The notes under the pieces are model-generated. The model was not told where the DNA came from, searched no databases, and was given only the letters and a program-made list of their open reading frames with translations. 64,000 nucleotides of DNA, from contig CM120647.1 in the NCBI GenBank assembly GCA_051362555.1, positions 15,104,651 to 15,168,650 on the forward strand. The letters are read 5' to 3'. Shown piece after piece: positions 62,877-64,000 of this stretch. This stretch comes from Lingula anatina (lineage: Eukaryota; Animalia; Brachiopoda). Position numbers and translations under genes: made by a program. How positions within the stretch are numbered: the first letter of the stretch is position 1; every line of letters starts with the position of its first letter.

Positions 62877-64000
62877 TTAATGCCTTACATAATGCATGGT
62901 ATAAATAATGCAATGCAGAATAACAAGATACAGTACGAAAAGTAGTGCCTTATTGGTTGTAAAGGTATATATGGAGAGCGTATAATTGATTATTTAAAAT
63001 GAATCCAATGCTGTGTGTTGAGACGAATGTCATAGTAAAATGCTTAACAATAACAATAATAATAAAAGTAGTGCAATTAGAAAGTCTCTTTGAGGTAATT
63101 ATACTGTCACCTAGTATTTCAGAGATTAAAACTTTTTAGTAGTTGTATTACAGGCCGGCTTTACCCAGACCCTTTTCCGTTGTATAAGCCATTCAAATGA
63201 CAGTTCACGGATTATCCTATATTACAATGAACTTCTGCTAGTGTAATCAAAGCATGTTCCATATTTCCTTGACAATGGTCAAAGATATTCTGTATAGTTT
63301 TTCAACAACAAATGTTATTTTCCCTCGAGAAATAAATTTAACTCATGAAACGTTGCACAACCAGGCCTTGTATTGGGTTTGGGGCTTTTCTAATGATTCC
63401 AACTTACTTCTAGTCCAGCCATCATTGTTTCTGGCATCCAAAAAGAAACTGTCAACATCATTTGATGGACTTTCTAGTTTTATAAAGTATGAATTGGGTA
63501 AGATACGTAATCATGAAGGATATTTAGACATGAAAAATATGACTTTGGGAACAAATTTGAAATAGGTATAGAATATCTTTAAAGCATTGAAACAGAGTCC
63601 ATTACATGAGCCTTAAAAATCAACTGACTGGATGCATATGATTCACATGTTTTTCCAAGTAAAATACACAGAATGACAGTCCTAGAACATTACATAAATA
63701 AGGAAATAAATATTCCTGTCATTTGACCTCTCCAACGACATGTTTCTTTCTCTCTGGTACAAACGGAACAGCGCCTGGCTTGCTATGTGCTCTTCTGTTA
63801 GCCTCCCCGGAAGAGTAAATATATAATTTTTGACATTTATTTTTAAAAAACAAGAAAATGATTTACAAATTCAATACAGTGATTTCACATTGATTACTTT
63901 CTAAAAGGTCAGTCAGTCAACTTTTTCAAAAGGAACTTAGTAATATAATCAATCTAGTATTACACAACTAAGTTTTGACTTTTAACGGAAGTACTTTTAT

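Larger units (their letters stand above)
1765..64000 (+). repeat. ~32-kb higher-order segmental tandem duplication
   Basis: Offsets: D0 to D exon 2 32,854 bp; A to E ATG 32,012 bp; C to G exon 2 31,939 bp. 62880-64000 matches ~30600-31680. Confidence 0.85.

Overview
Eukaryotic (animal; AT-rich, spliceosomal introns, a TE landscape typical of a marine invertebrate such as a mollusc, which is inference) genomic DNA. It carries a tandem array of eight + strand paralogues of a 4-exon classical short-chain dehydrogenase/reductase (SDR, ~284 aa; TGxxxGIG, NxA, S-YxxxK motifs). Four copies look intact (B 12392, C 26287, E 39725, F 50406). One has an exon-4 frameshift (A 7713), two are pseudogenes that lost exon 4 at a YqaJ/SWIM (ISL2EU-like) transposon junction (D0 2053, D 32749), and one has intact exons 2-4 but has lost its promoter and exon 1 (G 60840). 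The array is built as a ~32-kb higher-order duplication that continues beyond both window ends. Paralogues are exon-level mosaics whose amino-acid differences cluster at substrate-pocket positions. Because the spacers are repeated, empty and filled sites define many DNA transposon insertions exactly: Tc1/mariner (including a fold-back made of two right halves), Kolobok-like TTAA elements, Sola3-like elements, Harbinger-type MITEs, Helentron-type (HINE) elements, a RecQ-fragment (AcademH-like) MITE and a CCGG-target element. No RNA genes or CRISPR arrays were seen.
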